Positions 1 through 12,800 of a stretch of 64,000 nt of DNA are shown here, piece after piece. The stretch's first letter is position 1. Every line of letters begins with the position of its first letter. A program made the position numbers and the translations under genes. A model generated the notes under the pieces. It saw nothing but the letters and a program-made list of their open reading frames with translations, was not told the origin of the DNA and ran no database searches. The stretch comes from the human T2T-CHM13v2.0 reference genome, Homo sapiens: NCBI RefSeq assembly GCF_009914755.1, contig NC_060947.1, one strand, 5' to 3'.

Positions 1-573
1 GGTACATTGTTGACTAGCATGCTGAGAGAGCATGCTAGTCAACAAACAGTAGCTCAAAGACTATTGTCAACAACAAGTAGCAGAGACAGTTCATAAGCCA
101 AAGGAAGAGGGGTATGATTCTGGTGGACATGACCAGTGCCTGTACATCCTGCTGATAGCAGTAATTTGTTATGGACATATTACAGAAACAGAAGACTACA
201 GTCCCACACCAAAAATTGATCTTAGCTGTTAATATTGATGATGCCACAAACATACTAATCAGCTAAGAAAAGGCTTACGACACACATATTGAGTTTCTTG
301 GATAGCAGTGCAAACTTTTTAAGTATGTCCAAAGTCACTTGAGAGAACACAGAAAGGAAAGTTGTTTGAGAGTTTTTATGGTATTAGAAAGTGAAGCTGT
401 GGTGAAGGTTCTCATGTGTGGATAAAGTTTGCATGCTTTCAACTTTATGCCAACACCAAAAAGGGAACAACTAGGCATTCTTATTAGCTTTCCCAGATAC
501 AGGGTAGAAAAAGTAGACGTGAGGCTGAAAAGCTGTCAGAAGCCAAACATCAAAGTATGATGAGTTTATTACA
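1..573 (-). mobile_element. Old LTR fragment (ERVL/LTR47-like, family uncertain)
   Basis: The minus strand starts TGTAATAAA...TTTGATGTTTGGCTCTGACAGCTTTTCAGCC at 573, resembling recalled ERVL-type LTR starts. Heavily diverged; left boundary unknown. Confidence 0.35.
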
Positions 574-1680
574 CTCAAATGTGTGTATGGATTGGTTGTG
601 TGGAATTTTAGGATTTTCTATATACAATATAATGTCAAGTGATGTCAGCAAGATGGCAGAACAGGAGGTCTCAGCCCTCATCTACTCACAGAAACAATAA
701 TAAAACAAAAATACTTGGGCCAAATTACCTTTCTAAGGCCTCCAGAATCCAAGTAAGAAGTTGCAACACCTCAGATAAGCACAAAATAAAGAAAAACAAC
801 TTGGAAACAGGTAATAAGAGCTGTTTACCTTTAACCATGTGAACCTCTCCCAGAAGCTAGCACAGCTCAGTGCCAAGAAACATCCACTAGGCCCATGATT
901 TCTCCCTCAGGGGAAAGACTGACTGAAGCATGCATCTGACATCCTCAGCCATAAAGAGCAATGCTTGAGAGATCTATGTCTGTTGCATCTTCCTCAGAAT
1001 GCTGAGGCAACCAGCTTAGTTAAAATGCCTGGGAACAGATAAGAACAAAAAAAAAGATGGCGGCTCTCAGCAGCCTAAAAAGCTCTGAAGGATTGAAAGT
1101 AGGTGCACAATTTTCAAGACTTCACTTTTAGGAGGGTGGGAGAAAAGTGGAGGTTGCTCTCTGTCTCCCAGAGTTGTAGTGCACCACACTAGGAAAAAGA
1201 AGCAAGCACCTCTCAGAAGTCTGCAAGGTTCTGTGGGATTGAGAAATAATACACAATCCTAACACTTCTCCTCAGAAAAAAGGGAGAAAAGTAGAACTTG
1301 CACCCGGCTTCTGGCATTCCAATGGACTCCTGTAGGGAAAAGTGGTTGGTGGCTATGAGCAACAGGCACTACTCTGCAGGATTAACAGAAGATGCATAAT
1401 TCTGAGAAACTTCATATCCACAAGGGAGGGAAAGAAATGGATCTTGATCTCAATCTCCCAACACTTCAATGCAATTCCCTAGAGAAAAGGAGTGGGACGC
1501 TATCAGGAGCCAGCATGACTCTACAGGATAGAGAGAAGGTGCACAATCCCGAGACCCCACTTAAGGATGAAGGAAGAGATGTATATCTTGCATCCCCCCA
1601 TGGCATTATAGTGTACTGCCCTGGGGAAAATGAGTGGGTGTGTCTCATCACCTGGCATATCTCAGCAAGATAGAAAGAAG

Positions 1681-2459
1681 TGAGATAGGAGATAGAAAGA
1701 AATTATTTAGGTAGATAGTTAAGGTAAAAGAGTCCCTGGCAGGAATTTTTCTTCTAACAAGAAGCAGCTCAGAAATTACTTCCTTTCTAATCACACACTG
1801 TTTCAAGAAATCACTTCTCTTCTAACAAAGAACAGCCTAGAAGATTGGGCTGTGAAATATAGATAAGCAACTCCAGCACAGAGAGTTTCCTGGGTAATCA
1901 CCAAACTTCATATACATATGATGGGTCCCAGTAAAAACAGTGAGCCTTAATGTGCACATTCCTTTCCCATTTTTTGGGCACACTAAGATAGGAAAGCTGG
2001 AAGCTTGCATGGGGGTCAGGGAAGTGCCTGCAGCTGCAAGGAGATACCTGGGACAAGAAACAGAAACTCCCCCTACCTTTTTTTAGCACATGCACAGTGG
2101 AAGGCGATAAGCAGCATGGAGTACCCCAAGCTGAGAGCTCACCTGCATGATAAGAGTGGGATGGGGGCTGCCAGAGACTCTGCTCTCTGTATATGGCATG
2201 CCTGGTCCTAACCAGTTGTTTACACCCTATGTAGATAAGATATCCCCTCCCCACTAGCTCATGTATAAAAACCCTTACTTTTTACTCCAGCACGGCAACC
2301 GGTTCAGGACCCCTCTCTATGACAGAGAGCTGGTTTTTTTTTTCATTTCACCTATTAAACTTCTGCTCTAACCTCGCCTTTTGTGTGTCCACATCCTTGA
2401 TTTCCATGGCCAGGAGACAAAGGGCCTCAGGTGATATCCCAGACAATGCAGCTGCTTTA
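1681..2459 (+). mobile_element. Solo ERV1 LTR, MER50-like
   Basis: Starts TGAGATAGGAGATAGAAAGAAATTATTTAGG, has TATAAAA (~2265) and ATTAAA (~2354), and ends ...GCTGCTTTA. 4-bp TSD GAAG at 1677-1680 and 2460-2463. Confidence 0.75.
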
Positions 2460-2802
2460 GAAGGCACACAGCACAGAATGCTCTTCTTCAGAAAGAAGAG
2501 AGAACTTGAGTTTGCACTTAATTTCACAGCATTTTACTGCACTGTTCTAAATAAATAGGAGCAGAAGATAAATGTCAGCTGACATCGCTCCATAATATTG
2601 AGAGAAGGTGCAAAACCCTGAAAGTGTCTGAATGGAGGGAGAGAAGTGGAGTGTGCATCAAATGTCCAAGCCCATAAATGCACCATTCTAGGTAAAAGAG
2701 GAGGACAGCTTATCATGGCCAGCACAGCTGTGTGTAATTAGAAGAAGGTTTACAACACTGAAACTTCTCCCCAAGGAGGGAGGGAGAAGAGTAAAAGATA
2801 CA

Positions 2803-2809
2803 TACACAG

Positions 2810-2837
<28 letters not shown>
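2803..2837. repeat. (CA)n microsatellite
   Basis: Directly visible CA run. Confidence 0.95.
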
Positions 2838-2842
<5 letters not shown>

Positions 2843-5748
2843 AGAGGCTTCCTCAAATGTTTGGACACCAATGTAAAGCTACAGGGAACACAAAGAATTG
2901 AGAAAATAAAGCTCAGTGAGCTATAAGAGGGCACAGAAAGACAAATAAAATGAGGGAAATGATACTTGAACAATGAGAATATCAAGAAAAAGACAAACCA
3001 TACCAAAGAACCAAGCTGAAATTCTAGAGCTCAACAATATAATAACAAAATTTAAACATTAAATAGAAAGCTTCAACAATAGACTTAATCATAAAGAAGA
3101 AAGGCTCAGCAAACTCAGACAACTCATTCGAAATTATCCAGTCAGAAAAGCCAAAATAAAAGAGGATGAAAAATAATGAAGAAAACCTATGCAATATGTT
3201 GGATACAATCAAGAAAACCATTGTATCCGTAATGGGATTGTCAGAAGAAGAAGATAAAAAGAGACAGAAAGCTTATTTAAAAAAATAATGGTCAAAAATT
3301 CCAAAATCTAAAGAAGGAAATTATTCTTTAGATTCATGAGGCCTAAAGACCTCAAATAGAAAGAAGCAAAATAATTCTATAACAAGGCACATTATAATCA
3401 AATTGTTGTCAAAAGTCAAAGATAAAAGATTTGGAAGCAGCAAAAAAAAAAATGACTGAAGAACAAAGGGCCTCCCCAAAGACTATCAACAGATTTCTCA
3501 GCAAAAACCTCACTACCTATAAGGAAGTAGGATGATACATGCCAAAACTTGAAAGAAAAACTTGGCACCTCGAAATACTGTATCTGGCAAAATTGTCCTT
3601 TAAAAATGAAGGAAAGATAAAACCTGACACCTAAAAATACCATATCTGGGAAAATTGTGTTTTAAAAATGAAGGAAAGATAAAGACTTTCCCAGACAACA
3701 AAAACCTGAGAAAGTTCATAACCACTAGACCTGCTTTCTAAGAAATGTTAAAGGGAAGTCTTTCAGTTGAAAGAAAAGAAATGCTAAATAACAACATGAA
3801 AGCCTGTAAAAGTATAGATCTCCCTGGTAGAGGTAAATTTATAAACAAAAGAGAATATTCTAATACTGTAATGATGATGCACAAATCACTTTTAAGTTTA
3901 GTATAAAGTTAAAATTCAAAAATATTAGGAATAATTATAACTACAAGAATTGTTGACATATTCACAAAAAAAAGATGCAAATTGTGACAAAAATAACATA
4001 AAGTATGGGGAGGAAAAGAAGTAAAAGTGTAAAATTTATGTAGGAGAGTAAAGTTAATTTGTTAGCAGCTTGAAATACACTATTATAACTATAAGCTGTT
4101 TTAAGAAATTCTCATGGTAATTAGAAGAAAATAAGCTACTCAATAGAAAAGAAAATAATCAAAGAGCATCACTACAAAAAAATTAATGACACAAAAAAGA
4201 CATCAAGAAAAGAAAAAAGAAACAAAAGAACTATAAAACAGGCAAAAAGTAATGAACACAATGGAAATAGGAAGTTTTTCCTATTAGTAATTACTTTAAA
4301 CATAAATGGATTAAACTTTCTAACCCAAATACATAGAATAGCTAAATGGAAAAATAAAATAAAACCTAATTATATTCTGTCTACAAGAGACTCACTTCAC
4401 CTTTAAGGACACACATAGATTGAAAATGAAGGTATAGAAAAGACATTCCATATATATGGCAAGCAAAAGAAAGCATATGTGCCTATACTTACATTAGACA
4501 AAAATAGACTTTATGTAAAAAACTGTCACAAGAAAAAAACAAGGGCATTATAAAATGATAAAAATATGAATTAGGAAGGCATAAATATATAAGGCACCCA
4601 ATATCAAAGCACAAAAATACATAAAGCAAATAACAGAAATTAAGGACAAAATAGAGAGCCGTACAATAACAGCAAAATACTTCAATATCCTGCTTTTAAT
4701 AATGGGTAAATCATCCTGACAGAAAATCAGTAAGAAAAGAGTGGACTTGAAAAGCACTGTAGATCCAATGGGGCTATATATCTACATAGAGACAATTCCA
4801 CCCAAGGGCAACAAAATTCACATTGATCTCAAATACATAGAACATGTTTCCAGGACAGACCACATCTTAGGCCACAAAACAAGTATTTGCAAATTTAAGA
4901 ATATTTAAATAATACTGAGTTCCTTTCCAAACACAGTGGAAGGAGACCAGAAATCAATAACAGAAGGATAATTGGAAAATGTACAAATATGTAGAAATTA
5001 AACAGCACACATCTAAAAAACACATAGGTCAAAGGAGAAATAAAAATGGAAATCATTAAATATTTTGAGAGGAATAAAAATTAAAACACAAAATGCCAAA
5101 AGTTATTAAATGTAGCTAAAACACTACTGAGGGAAGTTTATAGCAATAAAAAATCAACATTTTAAAAGAAAAAACATCTCAAGTAAACAACCCGATATTA
5201 CATATCAATGAACTACAAAAGGAAGAAAAAACTAAGTCCAAAGTGAGAAGGAATTAATAATGATTACAGCAGAAATAATATAAAAAGAGAATAGAAATAA
5301 GTATAGAATATAGTATTTCAGAGTTAAATAATAAATCTGGTGACCTAACAATAAAAAAAAGAAAAAATCAACGAAACCAATAATTATTTTTCCAAAAAAG
5401 TAAGCAAAACAGAAAAAGCTTTAGTGACACTGAAAAAAAGAGAAAACCCAAATAAAATCGTAAAGAGCAAACATTACAACCCATATCACAGAAATACAAA
5501 AGATTATAAAAGACCACTGTGAATAATTATACATCAACAAATTAGATAACTTAGGAAAAATGGATAAATTTTCAGAAACATATAACTTACTGGATCATGA
5601 AGATATTGAAAATCTGAATGGACCAATAATGAGTAAACAGATTGAAACAGTAATCAAAAACCTCACAGTAAAGGAAAGCCCAGGATGAATTGTCTTCACT
5701 GTCTGCACTGTTGAATTCTACCAAATATTTCAAGAAATAGCGTCACTA

Positions 5749-8480
5749 GGAGGCACGCGAGGTTTCAAGATGGTGGTGGCTGAGGGGTTGACCGAGAGGC
5801 CGAGTTGAAGGCTCTTAAGAAGTTAAGAGGCCAGAAATCCCACCCTCCCTGCTTCTCGCAGTCCTGGGAGCACAGCAGAAGGGTTTTTCTTAATATTTTT
5901 TTAAATGAACCAGTAAAACATACAAATTGTGACCATGGAATGGAGATCTACATCATCCACCAAGAGTGGAAACTTTATGAGCCCCATAGACCAAGCCCAA
6001 AAGGAAGCCCAGAAGAGAGAATTGAAGAAGAGCAAAAAACAGCACAAGATGGTTCCAGCTCCAGTTTTAAGGATGAAGGATCCCAAACAGATTATCTGAG
6101 ACATGGAGAAATTGGATGAAATGGAGTTTAACCCAGTATAACAGCCACAATTAAATGAGAAAGTATTAAAAGACAAGCGTAAAAAGCTGCGTGAAACCTT
6201 TGGTATTCTACGACTCTATGAAAAAGAGAATCCAAATATTTACAAAGAACTGAGAAAGCTAGAAGTAGAGTATAAACAGAAGAGGGCTCAACTTAGCCAA
6301 TATTTTGATGCCGTCAAGAATGCTCTGCATGTGGAAATGGAGAGTATTCCTTTGTCAGATATGCCACATATTCCTTCCAACATTTTGATCCAAGACATTC
6401 CACTTCCCGGTGCCCATCCACCCTCCATCCTTAAGAAAACCTCAGCCTATGGACGTCCAACTCGGGCAGTTTCTATCCTGGCTCTTCTTGGACATGGTGT
6501 TCCACGTTCGCCCCATGGCAGAAAACCTCTTTGCCCTCTCTCTGGCCCACCTCCTTCTCAAGTCGTGCAGATGTACGGCCGTAAAGTGTGTTTCGCCCTA
6601 GATCTTCCCCCATGTAGGCGAGATGAAGACATATTTTATAGTCCTGCACTTGCCCAGAGAGGTCATGATGATGATGTTTCTAGCACCAGTGAAGATGATG
6701 GCTATCCTGAGGACATGGATCAAGATAAGCATGATGAAAGTACTGATGACAGTGACACCAACGGATCAGATGGAGAAAGTGAGGAGGATGAATTTGTGCA
6801 CCATGATGATGGTGAGAGAGACAACAATGAAGAAAAGAAGTCAGGTCCTAGTGTACAGTTTGCAAATATGCCTGGAAAATCAAGGAAAAAAAGAAGAACA
6901 TGAAGGAACTAACTCCTCTTCAAGCTATGATGCTTCGTATGGCAGGTCAAGAAATCCCTGAGGAGTGATGGGCAGTAGAAGAATTTTCAGCGGACGGTGA
7001 TGAAGATGATTCTGATGACTCTGAAGCAGAAAAGCAATCATAAAAACAGAATAAAGAAGAATCTCATGCTGATGGCACATCCACTGCTTCTTCATAGCAG
7101 CAGGCTCCCCTGAGGTCTGCTCCTCCTTCTCAGATACAAGCACCTCCCATGCCAGGACCACCACCTCTTGGACCACCACCTGCTCTACCATTACGGCCTC
7201 CTGGGCCACCTACGGGCCTTCCTCCTGGTCCACCTCCAGGAGCTCCTCCATTACTGAGACCATCTGAAATGCCAGGACTCCAAGGGCCTTTACCCCAACT
7301 TTTACCTCCAGGACCACCATGAGGCTTGACCCCCTGTCCCTTTCCCAGGTCCAACTGCAGGTATGCCTCCTGGTCCCCCTCCTTGGGGACCCCCACCAAG
7401 AGTACCTCCAGGTATTCCCTCACCTTGTCCCGGCATGATGCGCCCACCTTTGGTGCCTCCCCTTGGACCTGCCCCCCTGGGTTTTTCCCACCACCTCCCT
7501 AGCCGAACCCTGGGGTTTTTTAAGTGCCCCACCCAACTTGATTCAGCAACCCAAAGCGGATGATATGAGTGCAGCCACGATTGAGAAGAAAGCCACAGCA
7601 ACCATCAGTGGCAAGTCACAGATCAATAATACCAAGGCAGAGATTACTCTACTTCTGCCCACTGCACTGAGAGTTCGTTGGGAGAATAAAGGGGCTACTG
7701 CTGCTCCCCAAAGAAAGTCAGAGGATGATTCTGCTGTGCCTCTTGCCAAAGCAGCACCCAAATCTGGTTCTTCTGTTCCTGTCTCAGTACAAACTAAGGA
7801 TGATGTCTATGAGGTTTTCATGAAAGAGATGGAAGGGCTACTCTGACAGCTTTTGATGCCATAACAGGCTTCTGTTCACAACAGTGGCCAATGGAGAAAG
7901 AAAGAGGCTCTTATTAAACTGAGATGAGAGAGCTGCTTCCATTGTCAGGGTATTTTCTAATTTCAGTTCAAGAAGTATCCTAAAATTTAGCCTTGTTCAG
8001 AATTTACTACACATAAAAGAGGGTATTTCATTCAGAATATATCAGTTATTGAAGCAGTGCTGCTAACATCCATTCCGTTTCACACCACCATTCTCATCCT
8101 ATATCTTGCCCTACTCTAATTATTTGGAAATTTGTGATCGGGGGATCTTAATTGCTTATTTGTTTTGACTCTGTTCTTGTGTGCTGTGGACACTAGAGTA
8201 GAGATTTCTGAAAAACCAGTTTATTTCATCTTGCCTTTTGTTTTTGAGTTATTTTTAAGTTATTTTTAATTTTGTTTTTGAGTTATTTTAATTTTCCTAT
8301 AAATATTTTGTAATATTTTACTTGTAATGAAATGGATCACAATGTCATTTCCTAATACAAGGCAGGATATGTGGGAAGAAAATGTACAATTATTTGATTA
8401 AAATTATTCCCCATTGACCTAAACTTTGAGTGATTCATGGGAAAAATAAATAAATGTTCTACACCAAGATAAAAAAAAGA
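5749..8480 (+). pseudogene. WBP11P3: Processed pseudogene of WBP11 (WW domain-binding protein 11/SIPP1), full-length mRNA copy
   Basis: Intronless. ATG at 5935 (MEWRSTSSTKSG..., parent MGRRSTSSTKSG), C-terminus ...KDDVYEVFMKEMEGLL stop at 7846. Disablements: CGA>TGA at 6097, TAA at 6139, frameshift in the A-run at ~6885, and more. AATAAA at 8445-8450, short A tail 8471-8480. 17-bp TSD AAGAAATAGCGTCACTA (5732-5748) / AAGAAATTGTGTCACTA (8481-8497). The parent gene is secure; the pseudogene number is from memory. Confidence 0.95.
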
Positions 8481-8622
8481 AAGAAATTGTGTCACTACTT
8501 CTCAAACTGTTTCAAACATTCAAAGAAGAGAAAGCATCTCGAAACTCATTTTAGGAGGAGAACATTACCCTAACATCAAAGCCAGACAAAGACACTACAA
8601 GAAAAGAAAATTACAGATCAAT

Positions 8623-9852
8623 ATATGTAGAAAGATGAAACCGGATCCCTTCCTTACACCTTATACAAAAATTAATTCAAGATGGATTAAAGACTTACAT
8701 GTTAGACCTAAAACCATAAAAACCCTAGAAGAAAACCTAGGCAATACCATTCAGGACATAGGCATGGGCAAGGACTTCATGTCTAAAACATCAAAAGCAA
8801 TGGCAACAAAAGCAAAAATTGGCAAATGGGATCTAATTCAACTAAAGATCTTCTGCACAGCAAAAGAAACTACCATCAGAGTGAACAGACAGCCTACAGA
8901 ATGGGAGAAAATTTTTGCAACCTACTCATCTGACAAAGGGCTAATATCCAGAATCTACAATGAACTCAAACAAATTTACAAGAAAAAAACAAACAACCGC
9001 ATCAACAAGTGGGCGAAGGATATGAACAGACACTTCTCAAAAGAAGACATTTATGCAGCCAAAAAACACATGAAAAAATGCTCATCATCACTGGCCATCA
9101 GAGAAATGCAAATCAACACCACAATGAGATACCATCTCACACCAGTTAGAATGGCGATCATTAAAAAGTCAGGAAACAACAGGTGCTGGAGAGGATGTGG
9201 AGAAATAGGAACACTTTTACACTGTTGGTGGGACTGTAAACTAGTTCAACCATTGTGGAAGTCAGTGTGGAGATTCCTCGGGTATCTAGAACTAGAAATA
9301 CCATTTGACCCAGCCATCCCATTACTGGGTATATACCCAAAGGATTATAAATCATGCTGCTCTAAAGACACATGCACATGTATGTTTATTGCGGCACTAT
9401 TCACAATAGCAAAGACTTGGAACCAACCCAAATGTCCAACAATGATAGACTGGGTTAAGAAAATGTGGCACATATACACCATGGAATACTATGCAGCCAT
9501 AAAAAAGGATGAGTTCATGTCCTTTGCAGGGACATGGATGAAGCTGGAAACCATCATTCTCAGCAAACTATCGCAAGGGCAAAAAACCAAACACCGCATG
9601 TTCTCACTCATAGGTGGGAATTGAGCAATGAGAACACATGGACACAGGAAGGGGAACATCGCACTCTGGGGCCTGTTGTGGGGTGGGGTAACGGGGGAGG
9701 GATAGCATTTGGAGATATACCTATTGTTAAAAGAAGAGTTAATGGGTGCAGCACACCAACATGGCACATGTATACATACATAACAAACCTGCACATTGTG
9801 CACATGTACCCTAAAACTTAAAGTATAATAAAAAATTTTAAAAAAAAGAAAA
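8623..9852 (+). mobile_element. 5'-truncated primate L1 (L1PA4-6-like), 3' 1.2 kb
   Basis: Uninterrupted ORF2p C-terminal 329 aa (8635-9624) with the CCHC motif CWRGC...H...C, G-rich 3'UTR and A tail. Short TSD/microhomology AATAT at 8620-8624 and 9853-9857. Confidence 0.92.
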
Positions 9853-12800
9853 AATATTCCTTATAAATATAGATGCAAAAATTCTCAACAAAATACTGGA
9901 AAATTAAATTCTACAGGACATTAAAAAGATCATACACCATGATCAAAGGGACTTATCACTGAGATGCAAGGATGATTCAACATATGTAAATCAATTGATG
10001 TGATATATCACATTAACATAATGAAGAACAAAAATCATATGATCACCTCAATAGATATGAAAAAAGCATTTAACAAAGTTGAATGTTATTTCATAATAAA
10101 AATACCCAACAAAACAGGTGTACAAGGAATGTACCTCAATATAATAAAAGGTGTATATGAAAAGATAACTGTTAACATCACATCATATTTGACCTCTGTT
10201 ATTGAAAATCAAATGAGGATGCTCACTCTCACCACTTCCCTCCGACATAGCACTGAAAGCACTAGCCAGAGTAATTAGATAAGAAAAAATAAATAAAAGA
10301 AATGCAAATAACAAAGGAAGAAGTAAAATTATGTCTGTTTGTAGATGACATGATCCTAATTTGTACAAACTCCAAAAGTATTATTAGAACTAATAAAATA
10401 ATTCAATAAAATTGCAGGATACAAAGTCAATATAAAATAAGCTACATTTATATACACTAACAATGAACCATCCTAAAAGAAAATTAAGAAAACAATTCCA
10501 TTTACAATAGTATAAAAATGTAAAAATAATACTTATGAGTAAAGTCAACCAAGTTGCTAAAAGACTTATACACTGAAAACTACTGAACTTCAATGAAAGG
10601 AATTAAGGGGCACAAATAAATAGAAGGACATTTAATGTTAATGAATTAGAAGAATTAATATTGCTAAACTGCACATACTACCAAAAGTGATGTACAGATT
10701 CAATGCTATCCCTATCAAAATTCCAGTGGCAGTTTTATACGTCCTAGAAACACCTTAAAATTCATGTGAAACCACAGAAGATTCAGAATATACAAAGTGA
10801 TATTTAAAAAAAAAATAAAGATGGAAGCATCAGACTTTCTGATTTTAAAATATATTATAAAGTTATAATAATTAAAATAGTGTGTTATTAACATAAAGAC
10901 CAACATAGCTACCAATGGAAAAGGATAGAGAACACAGAAATATATACCCAAAGATGCAGTCAGCTGATCTGCAACAAGAGTGCCAAAAACATACAATGGG
11001 GAATGATGGTTTCCTTAAAAAAAAATGGTGCAGGGATAACTGGATATCCACATGCAGAAGAGTGAAATTAGATTATTTTCTTTTATAACTTTTATTTTAG
11101 TATCAGAGATCCATGTGCAGGTTTGCTTTATAAGTAAACTGCACGTCATGGTGATTTTCTGTACAGGTTATGTTGCCACCCAGGTAGTAAGCATACTGAA
11201 CGACAGGTACTATGTTGATCCTCTCCCTCCTCCCAACCTTCACCCTCAAGTAGGCCCCAGTGTCTGTTGTTCCCCTCTTTGTGTCCACATGTTCTTATTG
11301 TTTAGCATTCACTTATAAGTGAGAACATGCATTATTTGGTTTTCTGTTCCTGTGTTACTTTGCATAGGATAATCACCTCCAACATCATCTATGTTACTGA
11401 AAAAAAACCACAGACACACATGATTTTGGTTTTTTATATGGATGTGTAATATTCCATGGTATATATGTACCACATTTTCTTTATCCTGTCTACCATTGCT
11501 GGGCATTTAGGTGGATTCTATGTCTTTGCTATTGTGAATAGTGCTGCAATGAAAATACACATGCTTGTGTCTTTATGATACAATGATTTATATTATTTTG
11601 ATATATACACAATAATTAGATTGCTGAGTAGAATGGTCATTCTATTTCAAATTCTTTGAGAAAGCACCACACTGCTTTTAAAAATGGCTGAGCTAATTTA
11701 TATTCCTGCCAACAGTGTATAAGCATACCCTTTTCTGCACAACCTCTCCAGCATCTGTTATTCTTTGACATTTTAATAATAAGCATTCTGACTGGTGTGA
11801 GCTGGAACCTCATTGTAGTTTGGATTTGCATTTCTCTAATGATTAGCGATGTTGAGCTTTGTTTCATACGCTTCTTGGTTGTGTGTATGTCTTTTGAGAA
11901 GTGTCTGTGGATGTACTTTGCCCACTTTTTAATGAGGTTGTTTTTTACTTGTAAATTTGTTTAAGTTTCTTATAGATGCTAGATATTAGACCTTCGTCAG
12001 ATGTATAGTTTGCAAAGATTTTGTCCCATCATTTCAATTGTTTGTTTATTCTGTTAATAGTTTATTTTGCTGTGCAGAAACTCTTTAGTTTAATTAGATC
12101 CCATTTGTCTATTTTTTGTTTCTGTTGCAATTGCTTTTGGTATCTTTGTAATGAAATCTTTGTCAGGTCCTATGTCCAGAATGGTATTGCACAAGTTGTC
12201 TTCTAGGTTGTTCATAGTTTTAGGTTTTAAATTTAAGTATTTAATCCATTTCGAGTTTACAGTTTTATTTGATGTAAGAAAGGGTCCAGTTTCAATCTTC
12301 TGCATATGGCTAGCCAGTTATCCCAGCATCATTTATTGAATAGGGAGTCTTTTCACCCATTGCTTGTTTTTTGGCAGCTTTGTAGAAGATCACATAGTTG
12401 TAGGCATGTAACCTTGTTTCCAGGATCTCTATTCTGTTCCATTGTCTGTGTGTCTGTTTTTGTACCAGTACCATTCTGGAGGATTTTTTTGTTATTGTTG
12501 TCAGTTTGGTTGGTTTTTTTTCTTTGTTTGTTTTTACTATAGCCTTGTAATATGATTAAAATTCAGGTAACGTGAGGCGTTCAGCTTTGTTCTTTTTGCT
12601 TAGAATTGCCTTGGCTATTCAAGATCTTTTTTTGTTTGTTTCGTATGAATTTTAAAACAGTTTTTTTTTTAAATTCTGTGTCATTCGTAGTTTGATAGGA
12701 ATAGCACTGAATCTATAAATTGCTTTGGGCACTATGGCCATTTTAATGACATTGATTCTTCCTATCAATGAGCATGTAATGTTTTTCTTTTTGTTTGTTT

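Larger units (their letters stand above)
638..11078 (+). mobile_element. Old LINE-1 (L1M-type), near full length, interrupted by a solo LTR, the WBP11 retrocopy and a younger L1
   Basis: Begins with the L1 5' YY1 motif CAAGATGGC (649-657). Long repetitive 5'UTR, decayed ORF1 (~2900-3800), ORF2 endonuclease region (~4250-5748), and ORF2 resuming at 8481-8622 and 9853-11078 (RT-like 'IYHINIMKNKNHMITSID'). Confidence 0.8.

Noticed and set aside
15-37. p53 response element in the hairpin arms
   Set aside because: The CATG cores are present, but the flanks have three mismatches and a 3-nt spacer; too weak.
6331-7846. Pro-rich and acidic ORFs as a novel gene
   Set aside because: They are frameshifted fragments of the WBP11 retrocopy.
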